Source: Antedon mediterranea
Taxonomy: Eukaryota > Animalia > Echinodermata
Direction: 5' to 3'
Assembly (NCBI RefSeq): GCF_964355755.1
Contig: NC_092672.1
Coordinates: 13,392,001 to 13,456,000 of the forward strand
DNA: 64,000 nucleotides
The notes under the pieces are model-generated. The model made no database searches. It had not been told where the DNA came from and saw nothing but the letters and a program-made list of their open reading frames with translations. Made by a program: the position numbers and the translations under genes. Positions 48,589 through 61,814 of the stretch are shown piece by piece (within the stretch, counting starts at the first letter, position 1; each line of letters starts with the position of its first letter).

Positions 48589-51500
48589 TGTAGTATCCAG
48601 TCATTACAAGGTACACAGTAATAAAGAACACTTAAACCAGCTTGGTGTGTAACCGTCTTTATTCACTCACTCACTATTGTATCTCTCCAACAACACTCCC
48701 GTGCTGTTCCCTTTATGCTGCACTGCAGCTGTACAATAATATTGTATTATATACAGTACTCATTGTACTGTATTAGTATCAGACATCGTAATATCAAAGT
48801 CAGCAAAATCATCTTCTGAGTTCAATATGGAATGTGGAGCATACAATATATGACGACGATTACGAACATAAGTCCTTCCATTTACCTCCACAATATAAGA
48901 ACGAGGTGCTTTCTTGGAAATAATTCGTCCAGTCGAACCCCATCCATGCTTTGCTCTGATTTTAACTTTATCCCCTGGCTTAAGTTCTTTCAATGTTCCC
49001 ACACCATGTTTGGAGTTGTAGTACACTTTTGCTTTCTGCTTATGCACTTTATCCGCAGCATGAATATCATTCCAATTTGGTGTATGTGGCTTAAGTTTTA
49101 CAGGCAATTGAGGTAGAGATGTACAAATCTCTCTTCCCATTAGCAGCACCGCAGGGCTCAATCCAAGGCTAGGTATTGCTGTAGATCGATAAACCATTAA
49201 AGCTGAAAGGTAATCAGATTGATTAATAATGTTTTTAGCTATATGCACAGCCTTCTCTGCTTGTCCATTCGCTTGAGAATGGTATGGACTAGTAGTAACA
49301 TGCTGAAAATTATAGCTTTGTGCAAACTGGCGAAATTCACCCAAAAACTGTGGACCATTATCCGTAACAACAGTTTCTGGTATCCCAAACCTAGCAAAGA
49401 TATTCTTCAAAAAATTAATCAGAGCAACAGACGTCAATTTATGCAAAAGATGTATCTCGATCCACTTGGAGTAACAATCCACAACAATCAGATACTGTTT
49501 ACCCGCCACCTCCGCTAAATCACATGCAATGCGTTGCCATGGACGATCTGGAAGTGGAAATTGCATTAATGGCTCTGCTTTCTGTGCAGGTTTTTTAGTT
49601 GTACAATGTTCGCATCTACTCATGTATTCTGCAATTTGTGCCCCAATAGACGGCCACCAAACGGCTTCCTTAGCTCGAAGTCGACATTTAGTAATTCCAA
49701 AGTGTCCAGAGTGAATTCTCAAAAGCATTTCAGCTCGTAGAACTGTTGGAATAATTATACGCTCACCATAAGTCAAAATACCATCAATCACACTAATGTG
49801 ATCACGAGCATCCCAGTATGGTTTAACATCAGACGTTACATCTTTTGCGCATTTCGGCCATCCATTAACAACATATGACAAAATTAAATTTAATGTTTTG
49901 TCCTTAATAGTTTCTTGAACAATTTCATGAAGTCTCGCATCCGATGCAGGCCAATGTTTAGCAACCATGCTAACATGGACCAATAATTCTTGTTCAAGTT
50001 CTATATCCTGTGGTTGAGCAACATAATCAAGTTGTGGAGCACGCGACAACGTATCAGCAATTACAAGATATTTTCCAGGCGTGTACTCTGCACAACAATT
50101 ATACTTCATAAGACGCATCAACAATCTTTGACATCGCAATGGAGCATCGCACAAATCTTTAGAGTTAATTAAAGGTACTAATGGTTTATGATCAGTTTGT
50201 ATTAACACTTTAAGTCCTCTAAGGGGCCGTCCAAAAACTAATTTTCCGCGAGTTCCGCGATAACATACCCTATTACTTACTCAACCATGAAAGTGAACGT
50301 CTCTTGCGGTAATGAGGCAAAATCATTCAAGCTTGATTTTCTCGCGGAACTCATGAATATTAATTAATATCGCGAGACTCGCGAAAGCCTTACAATATCG
50401 CGGAACTCGCGGCAGTATTGCCAATACTAGAGAATATAGTGCTCGTTTGAATAACGCTTTGCCAGCCAGGTATTACGGTAATTGATTTTTACAGAAGAAC
50501 AAATTATATTTCAATATTGTTTACAATTATTATATCCATTCGTGTGTCTGATCTTGTTTTTGTTATTAATAAATATATAGATAATAATAAATGAAATGTG
50601 AGTGCCCTTCCCGAGTTTTACCACAATAAAAACCACTGAAGTAGATAGAAAATAATGTCAAGAAGATTTGTTTACACAACGACTCGGACGAGACGCAAAC
50701 ATCGCCTGACTTCTTTGCAAGGGGATTTCCCTTGCTTGCAGAGGCCTCCTTCTTGCGTTTACATTTTTTAACGTTGTCGCCACATTGTCATTGCCACGCC
50801 GCTAGCCTGGTAAAAACAACTACCAAGGTAGGCCTAGATTTATTATGAAATGCTTGCTAATTGTTAAACAATGATAGTCCCCTGTGTACAGTACAGAAAG
50901 AAAATAATAAATCAGATTACGACGCATTACACGCACTCCTAGCCTATCCTCCCACCGCCGATCCGATCGAGAGAACACATGCAATTCAATTCATTGGGAA
51001 AACAATTCCATTTGACGCACACGCACCCCTCTGATAAGAAATTTCACACGGCGTCGTGTCGATCGTGTACATACATCCTCCACGCACGAAAGATCTAGAA
51101 GGATCGTTGGAAAAACAATTCCTTTTGACGTACACGCACCCTCTGATAAGAAAATACCATGTGCGTTCCTGCATGGTGCAGTCCATTATACGTCTAAAAT
51201 TAGGGGTGTCCACTTTTAGTAACAAAGTTAAACACGCACCTCAATCCGAAGATCGTTGGAAGTATATTATATTTATATTTTATCGCACCCACCTCAATAA
51301 TCCAGCCGACAGATCATCGAAAAATCTTGTTTAACAACGTCGTACACTAAATTAACGAACGCGTTTTTACCGACCTCAAAGAAATGGTATAGTCCACAAT
51401 ACATGTGCAGAATTAATTCTAAACTAACAGAGAGAGAGGGGTCGGCGTCCGTCCGTGTTTTGAATTTTATATTAAAAAAAAGCTTTAAAAATCGAAACTC

Positions 51501-53031
51501 GGAAAATAACTATAATTTATATTCTACTACATAATGTCATTGGCTTGAATTTTACCGTGGTTGAAACCCTGTGTATGAATAGTTGTAGTTAATGTCTACA
51601 AACAAATTGTTTTGGTATCATTTTCTCCGTTAGTATCAGAGTAGTTTAAGCAGGACTAGGCCTAGTAGAGTACTAGCCTACTGTAGTCGTATTCGGCCAA
51701 CCTAGCTAGGCCTAAAAAACCGTGCTATTCTGTACTATGATCTCATCTATTTATTAGGCCGCTACCCGCGGAACTCGCGATATGTGGGCGGCAACATTTT
51801 GATTGTTGATATGAATATTCATCAATTGCGTTCCGCGAGCATTCCGAATGAATATTTTTGTATTCAATGAACTATGAAGGTAAAATCGCGGAACTCGCGG
51901 AAAATTAGTTTTTGGACGGCCCCTAAGGTAAGTATAGAAGCGATCACATGACCATACAGCAGCCAAAAGTTCCTTCTCAATTTGCGCATATTTCTTTTCT
52001 GCAGACGTCAAAGTACGAGAACAGTATGCAACAGGTTGCCACATGTCATCATGTTGACGTTGAAGTATACACCCACCAATACCATATGAACTAGCATCAG
52101 CACTAACCATAGTTGTTTTTTTAGGATCATAAAATGCTAAAGTTGGTGTAGTAATTAATAGTTCCTTAAGACGATCAAATGCGACCTGTTGAGTATGACC
52201 CCAAAACCAGTCCACCGTATCTTTCAACAAATCATTTAGTGGCACAGCCACACTAGAAGCATGCGGAATGAATCGAGAGAACCAATTAATCATTCCCATA
52301 AAACGTTTCACATCACCTTTCGAGGTTGGAATGGGCATATTAATAATAGCAGCAACTTTAGTCGAATTAGCATGCAAACCATCTTTATCAAGTGTATAAC
52401 CAAGAAATTGAACTTCAGATTTTGATACACAAGACTTTTCTTTGTTTAAACGAAGACCCATATTATACACAGTGTCCAAGACTTTCTTCAAACGATCATC
52501 ATGTTCCTGTTGAGTTCTACCTGTAACAAGAACGTCATCTATATAAACAACCACACCCGGCATTTGGGCTAACATATCACTCATGACTCGTTGATATATT
52601 TCTGGTGCCGACGTGTAAAACAGTATCTTCCAAATGGAGTAATAAAAAGTTGTAAGGCGTTGACTGTCTTCTTCAAGCGGAATCTGCCAAAACCATTGTT
52701 TTGCATCCAATGTCGAAAACACCTTAGCCCCAGAAATTTTACCAACCACGTCCTCAATAGTCGGAATTGCAAAACGTTCACGTAGCACACATTTATTCAA
52801 ATTGCGCAAGTCTACACATAAGCGAATAGAACCATTTTTTTTTCGGAGCAATAACAATAGGCGCACACCATTCTGTTGGTTCCATGATACGTTTAATAAC
52901 TACTTGTTTTTCCATACGAATTAATTCCTGTTCCACCTTTGGCAATAAAGGTATAGGTATTCGACGAGGGGTATGTACACAATATGGAGTAGAGTTATTG
53001 ACAAGTTTAATTTTAGCTGGCGATCCTTTCA
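48589..53031 (-). mobile_element. Ty3/Gypsy LTR retrotransposon (RT-RNase H-integrase + partial 3' LTR), 5'-truncated and interrupted by a MITE
   Basis: [66 protein letters not shown]; LTR remnant with AATAAA ending ...GGATACTACA at 48589; frameshifts in RT. Confidence 0.95.
50223..51923. mobile_element. PIF/Harbinger-type non-autonomous element inserted in the Gypsy RNase H
   Basis: 39-bp perfect TIR GGGGCCGTCCAAAAACTAATTTTCCGCGAGTTCCGCGAT, TAA TSD; removing it restores FYTYLRGLKVLIQTDHKP in frame. Confidence 0.93.
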
Positions 53032-53300
53032 CAGGGCATCATTTATAAGGAGCGCCTGCGCGACCGCGCTCCTCAACAGGCTTCGAGGAGAGCAATTTAT
53101 CGCGCTCCTTAATTTTCAAAATAGAGCCTAGCTTTTGACAGTGTTGATTTTTCTGTCAAGAGGCCTAAAAACACGTGGATTTTTAAAAGTTAAAACCAAT
53201 CTAGGCCTAGGCTAATAATATATAAGCTAAGTTATAAAGCTACAAGCCTAATGGCAGTCCCTCGTTTTTAAGGATCGCGAGCGCTATCGCAATCTCACTT
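53032..53300. mobile_element. Probable hAT-like element end truncating the Gypsy element
   Basis: Abrupt switch to CAGGGCATCATTTATAAGGAGCGC with GGAGCG/CGCTCC subterminal motifs; the other end was not found. Confidence 0.4.
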
Positions 53301-53459
53301 GTTCGGTAACATTGAGTCTGACATGACAAAATTGAGTATAATGTAAACTTAATTTGTTTGTATGCCTCCAGTACTCTTTAATGGTGCATATACAAATACT
53401 TTATAATTAAATATTTTCTCATAATTACAGATAAATATATTTCTTTTCTCGAAAATATA

Positions 53460-56287
53460 TTTGTCAATTAATTACCGTCAATTAGTTACCATAATATTTT
53501 GTCATAATATCATCATATTTTTTAAATTAAATCAATTATTTTGAAAGAAAACATATCTAATGAATTGTTAACACTAAGATTCAATGTGGTACCATAAAAC
53601 CATTGGTTAAACTTTTCAGACTTTCAGATTTTTTACAAATTTATAATATTGTCTTATATGAAATTGGTAAAATTTAATATAATTTTAGACGTGTTTCAGT
53701 TCATTTACTATATATTGTTGTATGTTATAGTATTTATATACTTTTGTTTTGATATATTTTTAAAGTTATCTTTAAAATATGTATTTAGACATTAAAAAAA
53801 TTCCTAAATCAGTTACACTAGGTATCCCAATGAAGCGGATTTTCGTTACCGCGATTTTAACACGTTCGTGAAATTTCAAAAAGTGACGTGTCTTTGAAGT
53901 TAAAAATATACTATTTCTTATATACACATGTGAATAAAAATTATATGTCTGGAAAGATCTTGTTTAAGGGATTATTTTCATATATTTTTAATCTATGTTT
54001 ATTAAATATTTTAATAGAAAACGCGAGTTAAAAATGAGGTACAAAAGCCGGCGAGCCGAAATCCGCGCGCTAAAAATAACTTTGGAAAACACCTACCCAT
54101 TTTAAAAACACGATCGCACGAGGTCCATAATAGGTGGTGGAGTAATTTTTGTTGCATGTTATCAGGCTTTAAATACTCTTTATTTTGATATGTAAATCGG
54201 TTATTATTATTATGTACATCCGCCTCAAATGTCAATTTTAACGATAAAAATTGAATTTTTTAGTCTTTCTCATTATCAAAATTTGGCTAATTTAGTATTG
54301 AATTGAAGCTAATTTATATTTCTGTTTGATAAACCACATCGTTTTATTTGACTTTGCGTGGACCTCGTGCGAAGAGACCAACAAGACCAACCACTGAAAA
54401 AAATAATCCCTACCAAAAATATCAGTGTTTACCATTTTCCTTACGGGGGGGATTCAGTTCTCCGCTTATTACTAAATTACCGTCGCCCAGACAATGTGCA
54501 TGGTATGCATGTATTAGCGCGTTAATTAATGATTGGATAACCCCTGCAGTGGACTGTTCCATTTTCTGAACTAGTCTTCGCCGCACACGAGGCATGTCGA
54601 AAAATGTCGCCTCTCATGGAATATTTGCTTCGAAACGTCAATTTTACCGATTTATTAAATTATTTAATAAGTGGAATATTTATAAATCTACTATATAAAG
54701 CAAGTACGTTAGGAAGAAATGTACCGAAGAAATTTAAGAAGCTTTGATTTTGCTATGCAGCGGCCGTAAGCCATTCTATGTAGGCGGCCGAAACGCGCTT
54801 TGTCCTGTGTTGCCGTTGTATGTCTACGCTGTTTCTAGGCCTAAATTTTATTCCGTATATTTCAATTCAAAGTGCAACTTTCGGTTAGAATAATCGAAAG
54901 GGAAATAAAATTAAACATGTTACAATTATACCATTGAGGTAATTACTTTGTTAAATAAAAAATTTCTTCCCGATATTTCTTAGTCTTAGGCAGAATTTAG
55001 CGTCAGGCTTTTATTTAGGCCTAGACCTTAGGGGCCTATATAACTTAACTTGTAGTAGGCGCGGCCGAGTCTACGTTCGGCCCGGCGCTCCAAATGGAAT
55101 CGAACACATAATAAGCACAGGCTTAATTCTTATTTTTGGCGGTTCGAAAATCAATTAAAATAATATATGATTATAAATATAACTTTAAATACTAGAATTA
55201 AAAAAAAAATGTATACTTACGAAAAATAATATTTAATGAAAAGAAACAATACCCACACAGTTTTTTAACGCAATATTTTTTTTTTTCACATTTTAACATT
55301 TTTTAACAATACTTTATGTTGTATTTCAGAATTACCTACCTGTCAATATAAATAACCTTACTAAAATACATATTACATTTTATGCAATGCAAAAAAAAAG
55401 AAGTTAATTCACACATTGGTTCAAAAGTTATGAATCATTTAAAGACAGGAACTTTTTGGGCATTTTTGAGACATTGGGAAAATCACGCGTAAAAAGCCCT
55501 CGGACGAATTTTGGAGGGCGATATCTAAAAAAAAAAATGTCGAGGACACCCAAAAAAAAAAATTCTTGAACAACTCTGTTGTATCTATGGGTTTGGAAAA
55601 AATAAGAACTTTAAAATTATTAGTATAAAAGTTATAACCCTTCAAAAATGGGTTCAAATATAATTAGAAAAAGTGCCATTTTTCAAGCAAAAAGCACTGT
55701 TTTTTGGGCACTTTAATGGACCATAACTTTTGAATGGATAATCCGATTTCAATCATTTAAATTGCAAAAGTTTATGTTCAGTAAGTTCCTTCTGATTAAC
55801 TGAAAGAAAAAGTACCATCATTAATTTGAATTTTTACATTGGGATACCTAGTTACACATTACTTTAACTTTTCCAGCCTCAATTAGTTACCATCAATTAG
55901 TTACCGGAATCATGTCTATAAATATCATCATATTTTTATGATAACTCAATTTTTTTTTAAATCAAAGGTATTGCATTCATTGTTATACCCTATGGATTCA
56001 AATCAATACCATATTAATAACATTAGGCCTCTAAATTCACAGAGTTTTTATAAAATGTACAATAGCTACAAATGCAATGTCGGATTTGCCTCAATTAGTT
56101 ACCGCACATATTAATATCATTTTTTTAATAATAGAAATTGTTAAAAAAGAAAAAAAGTCACTCTGTATACTTTATAATGCTATTTGTTATCACAATATTA
56201 TATTTGTTTGAGGATATTAATAAAAGTACTGATGGTACATGTGTTTGAAAATTCAAATTTGTGTCAGAATATCAATTAGTTACCGTG
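53460..56287. mobile_element. End of a CACGG-terminated (Chapaev-like) element with repeated TCAATTAGTTACC motifs, split by element B
   Basis: Motif at ~53464, 53478, 55879, 55893, 56091 and 56272; ends ...CAATTAGTTACCGTG at 56287. Confidence 0.5.
53819..55850. mobile_element. Non-autonomous TIR element B
   Basis: TIR TAGGTATCCCAATG / CATTGGGATACCTA; GTTACAC on both flanks; left ~1.1 kb shared with the interior of family A. Confidence 0.9.
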
Positions 56288-56410
56288 GAATTGATAAACT
56301 ACATTGTTGATTGTGTCGACATGTAAAGCATCATATGAATCCCTGAGTTAAACGAAGCCCCACGAGAGTACGATAGGCCCTGATTTATGCTGTATTTGCC
56401 TTATTCAGCT

Positions 56411-57120
56411 TTAAGAACAATATCCAACGGAGAGGAAATAAAATGGGGACTCAAATGGGCCAGCCACTCTACTGAGTTGTAAACCATTAGAAATAAATTC
56501 TTTTATCTGGAAAGGGTGCTCGAGGGCACTTGGATGGTTGCGTTTGATGCCCGGTACCAGGGGCTTTAAATAGAGGAGACTGAAGGCAAACATTGGGCCC
56601 AAATTGGACGCAAATACATAGACCGCTCACACCATCATTTGTACTTAAATTGAAAATTAAAATACTGGCCTTATCATTTTCTCTGCGTGTAGAATAGCCT
56701 GTCGAACGCTATGTGCATACCAATACATTCCTGACGATTGACCATTTGAAGACTGTTAGGTGTATGTCATCAGAGTGAGTATGTCATTCCACAGACCTTT
56801 GTGACGGCAAAATGTTACACATGTATCATCGGCATAATTCACCTGAAGTTGACGATTTATGTCTAAACAGTCTTTAAAGTTAAGGCTTACCTAGCTAGAG
56901 TGTTGCTTTAACAGCTGGCTACCAAAATGTGTTTACATTCCAGCCCAACTTTAAGGAAGTCGATTAAATTATCGAGTTTGTTCACAATGAAATAATTGGA
57001 TCGTGTCATCAATGTAATTCTCCCCTAGATGAATATAAACGATATCATTATGTGTAGACAAAGACCATCCCTTAAGCAGACAAGGGAAGTTTGATATCAA
57101 TGCACCCCCACTTAAATAAA
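56411..57120 (-). mobile_element. Degenerate DIRS/Ngaro-like retrotransposon fragment (SGNH-like ORF + RT-proximal segment)
   Basis: NHPSALEHPFQIKEFISNGLQLSRVAGPFESP; upstream SGGALI...DIVYIHLGEN and SDDIHL. Confidence 0.55.
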
Positions 57121-57199
57121 AATTGATATTGTACAATTCGGGTGTAGCATTCCAATTGGGTCGTACAATCTCCTTTGATTACCTTGAACTGTTTGTAGC

Positions 57200-57400
57200 T
57201 ACCTTCACACCTTCTGCTGATCACCAAAATTATTTGAAATTGCCTTTTGTCAATTTTTCAGCTCCTGGTGTTTCTGGCAAATCTTTGTTATTTTGCCTTA
57301 ACTTTTGGCTATATGCCAAATGTCAAATTCATAGCGTATATTTGGGTGTTCTTGCATCGTTGTTGCAATCGTTGCATGCTCGTCAGTCACAAGCGTATGG
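57200..57400 (-). mobile_element. Second Kolobok-type transposase fragment (catalytic core)
   Basis: TLVTDEHATIATTMQEHPNIRYEFDIWHIAKS*GKITK...ELKN*QKAISNNF matches the LVTDRH...FDVWH.AKS pattern. Confidence 0.75.
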
Positions 57401-57457
57401 ATTTTTTTTTATCATGAAAACAAAATTGGTGGTCGAAATAATACATTCTTCAACATT

Positions 57458-57550
57458 GATTGCGAATGATGGAAGAATGCTGAAGGCTGTATTGCGAATG
57501 ATGGAATGATTGAAGGCTGTATTGCGAATGATTGATTAATGCTGAAGGTT
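57458..57550. repeat. Short tandem repeat (~30-bp unit, 3 copies)
   Basis: ATTGCGAATGAT...AATG.TGAAGG repeated. Confidence 0.75.
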
Positions 57551-58582
57551 GTTTATGTAATCCAAGACAAGATAGATGTTGTCAAAAATGGACAGCAATA
57601 TAATATAGTAACTATGAATTGTCAGATTGGAGTGGGACTGTTCTCATTGTCGTTCGGGTAAACGGCGGGAGTGACTATGACTGGCCAGAGGTAGACCCAA
57701 AAAAAAGGCGGATGCATGAATTGGAAGAGTAAGGCAGTTAATGCCAGACGTCGTTCGGGTGCAATATGCTCGGGTAAACAATGGGAGTAACTATGACTGG
57801 CCAAAGGTAAACAAGAAAAAGGCAGAGCATAAATTGAAAGAGTGAGGCAGTTAATGCCGGACGAGTTTGTGAGACAGCTAACAGAAAAACTGTCTGTTGC
57901 TGGTAGAGCGGGACTGTTCTCAGTGTCGACAAATTAGATGGAGAAAGGAAAAAAGCCATAGTTCAGTGGCTGAAACAATCCCAGAAAACAAGTAGTAAAA
58001 TAGATATGAGCAAAAACGACGACAACGATATTGTATTGATGTTCTGTTTGTGGTTGTTGTATTTGAACCTGACAATAAGAAAAAATGATACCATGCCGCT
58101 AACTGATTCAAGTGTGGAAAAAAAAGTGTTGAAAGAAAATGGTGAACTCTGCCTGAGCAGGACGAAGCCAGAGGATGCCACATGTTTTAATTTAATTTGT
58201 TTATTTTATGCTATGCTCGAAGGGAAAAATTATGCTTACTATTGAATATAGTCCACCGTTATGCAGTAAATTGAACTGAGTTTGGGGACATCATCAATGA
58301 AAACCTAAAAGGGCTATCTAGTTACTATGCCCAAGGGGAAATTTATGTTTATGCTTTTGAATTTCAATTATGCAGTAAATAAAACTGAATTTGGGGACAT
58401 CATCAAAACTCAAAAGGGCTAGCTATGTAGTTTACTACACCAGAAGGAAGATGATGTTGAATTATTCATCGCCACAGTTTATGCAGAAATGAATCCGAGT
58501 TATGGTGGCTTCATCGAGGCCCCGTAGGTAGCATTTTTGAATGATGCTCTTTGCTGTGGAAAAAAACATACTCAAATAAAAA

Positions 58583-60080
58583 TTAAATATACATATCCCA
58601 CCCCTTGAAGCAGGGCACATTACACATTGGTACTTCGCATTGCTCACACACGAATTTGGTTTGGTGACGCTTTACTCCTCTCTTTGAACAAACAACGCAG
58701 TCTGGTTCTGCTGTTTTTCCAGATGGCGTCTTGTTTTGATTGATCCCTGGAAAATGCCGTTCGGTCAGCCGCTGGGGTCGATCTGTTGGACGCCTTCCTG
58801 GCCTGGTAGGACGTCGAACGTAGCCTTCAAGCAAAACATCAATAAGGTTGAGTCGCAGCTTTTCAGACCTAATATGCTTATTAGGTCTAAACCATCTGTA
58901 AATGATAAGAGCGTAAGTGAAACATACCTCCAACAAGTACATGAAGACTTTCTTCCACCACTTCAGGCTTTTGTGTGTGTGCAGGTAGGTCCATATCAGT
59001 CTGTCTGCCCTATCAACTCCACCCATGTAATGCGTATATAGTTCGATGGCACATGGCTTGCTGATCTCCCTTTGGTTTGGTCCATGGTCCTGTCTTGCCC
59101 GTTTCTGAAAAGTTCTAGAATTATGTATATTCGTTAGCAGCCTTACCTCTTTTTTGTCGTGCCATACCATGAAGAGGTTCTTTACATCTTGTTTAAAATT
59201 TGAATCTCCAACTGCAGGTTTTCCATTTTTGACGGCGTCTGGTAATCCTACTCTGGATTTGCGAATTGTCCCACAAGCACCACAACCTGAATCAGCTAAA
59301 TCTGAAAAGAGATCTGGAGAAGTGAAGTAATTATACATGTACACATGATGTCGCTTACCTGTGATTGGTTCACACAACTTGTTGACCGTTCTTCTTGTAG
59401 CACCAGCACCTCGGTTGTCCTTTCCAATATACAAGTTTTGGTTGTTGACGTATCCAGTGTTGGCATCCGTTAATGTCCATGCTGTCATCCCACGCTTGTG
59501 TGGCTTCAATGGATGGTACGAATTGAACCCTACTCTGCCTAGGAACGCAGTCAAACTGTCATCTACAGAAACATTTCTAGAGGGGTAAAAAGCAGATTGA
59601 AAATTAGCAATTATATGAGCCATAAAGGCACTTACCTTGAATCCTCTGTCGTATGCTGGATCATCACATGGTAGAGCGTCGTCATCATTACAAATGTGGA
59701 GACATCGTAACAGCAGCATGAACCGGTTCCTCGACATAATCTTCCTAAAACCTCTCTGATCTAAAAGCCAATGCTGAGACCAATGCATATCATAGCTACC
59801 ACGTTTATCAAAACCTAATTCTAAAATAATTGCAATAAAAGCACGTACCTCATGTATATCCGTATCAACCAAACCTTTCAATGTTAAGTGCTGCAACCTA
59901 CCTGGTGGAAGCTCAGCAATCAGCTTCTGGGCATACCTGTTGGTCTCCGTCACAATCATCCGAAGTAGAGATGGTCATCTAAAAGACTCAAGAAAATATC
60001 AGTAATTGATGAATCAGCATCATGCAACTTTTTTTTAAATCTTTTTATGCAACTTTGGTCCATCCTGCTCTGTTTACTTA
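58583..60080 (-). mobile_element. piggyBac transposase pseudogene (PGBD4-like; 458-aa open part 58583-59959)
   Basis: IVTETNRYA, MSRNRF, VSVDDS, KPHKRG, VYMYNYFTS (catalytic D replaced by Y), GTIRKSR, MGGVDRAD, KWWKKVF, C-terminal Cys-rich domain; frameshifted 5' part. Confidence 0.92.
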
Positions 60081-61147
60081 CCTAAAAAAAAATTACAATA
60101 AATAGCAATAAAAGATTAACAAAAGCCTCCAAATAAAAAATATATAATTATATAGGCCTAGTTAGTAGTAATTTATAAAAAAAAGGAAAAAAATAATAGT
60201 TTTGTATTCAATTCAATTCAACGTAAACATTTATTTTCTTTCTTTCAATCAATAACAATAAAACAAGTGAATAAGGTATTGAAAAAGAAAGTACGAGTTT
60301 CAAATAATACATTTCATGAATATAATATATAACACAACAACAAAAGTAGTATTATTGATCTGGTCTTGTGCAATAACCCTGACATTGTATGTAGTAGGCC
60401 TGTTAAGTGACCCAATCCTTCAAATTGTGATAACATTCTGAAACTTTGCACAGTTATTCATTAGGGTGTCAAAAATATGAAATGGAAGGGTTGCACAAAA
60501 TTTGGTCAGGGGAAAGCCGCCATTTTGGATTTAAAAATGGCGGACCCAATTTGTTCACTTTTCAGGTATATCTCTGCTTGCCTGTTGCTCGTCAGCTCTT
60601 GCCGGTCTTCTTGGCGTGACCTCGCAAAAAGGGACGACATTCGCTTCCAGTTGGCGTCGGAGGTCTCCTTCATCTTCTTACTGAGAGCGTCTACGGTTTT
60701 GTCCCTTTTTTAATTTCCCGACAATCGCCTTTTTTGCCTAAGATAAAAAAATGTTTAAATTATGCAAATTTATGCAAATCAATCGTTTTTTTCATCGTTG
60801 GTTTATAAAACACAAGCAAGACAGATTTTAAAACAAGTATACAGTACCTGGTTTGGGACAGTTTCCTGTATCCGATGAATCACTTTAGGTGTGGTTCATC
60901 TACATCTCTTTTATCACCTTGTTCATCAGCATCTCTATCTATTTCTAGAAACGTAATCAAAATCATTATAATGTCACAGAATATTATCACGTAATTTATT
61001 ATTACTTGTTTTTTCTTGACAACCTTCGTCAGGAAATGCAAATCATGCAAGCCAAAGCAAAGAAATAAAAATATAAGTTTTGAGTTGTGCTTTAACAGTG
61101 GTAAAAGTGCATTTTTAAGTACATCCATGCCAATGAACCTGGTTTTA

Positions 61148-61814
61148 CCGTACTGACGCGGGTATAAGCCCATACTCAGGTATAAGCCCATACTCAGGTA
61201 TAAGCCCAGCCCCGACTTTTGACTAATTTTCATGAAAAATAAGGCACTCTGGTATAAGCCCACCCATTAATTTGAAGATCTACAGTCTGTGTCGTAATAC
61301 ATTATTTTGTATTTGGCGACGTCCATACACCGAATACACCTACCTTTGATCATAACCAAGCTAGGCTAATATACGCTAGGCCATATGAGGCCTAGCGGTC
61401 CTGTTTTGTTTACACTCCATATCACGGTAAAAGATCGCTTTTCACACGACGCTACATGTCGCCAAAACGGAAAACCGCTATTTGGTATCGGCTGCCATAA
61501 ACAAGCTTATTAAATTTCTTTGGTACATTTCTATTTAACGAACATTGTATACTTGCTTTTCTGCTTGATAAATTCTTGTTCAATTGATGTTTAAAATAAG
61601 ATATTCTACGATAAATTACACAAACTATAAGCTTAATTTTCCGACACTCTACACCTCGTGTATTTTAGAGGCAACGTCGTACAAGTGAGGGCGCTTGCTC
61701 GCATGGTGGAATACACAGTGTACATGTGCTGTTTTTGACGATCTGCATTTTCGGATCCTCGCTTGATGTGATTTCATGTTCAAGGGGGGTGGGCTTATAC
61801 CCGCGTCAGTAGGG
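61148..61814. mobile_element. pogo/Tigger-type MITE
   Basis: TA|CCGTACTGACGCGGGTATAAGCCCA ... TGGGCTTATACCCGCGTCAGTAGGG|TA; repeated GGTATAAGCCCA motifs. Confidence 0.9.

Noticed and set aside
48832-50172. Plus-strand ORFs overlapping the integrase (and similar ones over piggyBac, L2 and Sola)
   Set aside because: Antisense shadows of minus-strand coding sequence, with no motifs.
51754-51923. C-terminal 56 aa of the 370-aa RT/RNase H ORF
   Set aside because: Read-through into the inserted Harbinger-type TIR; the true frame resumes at 50219.
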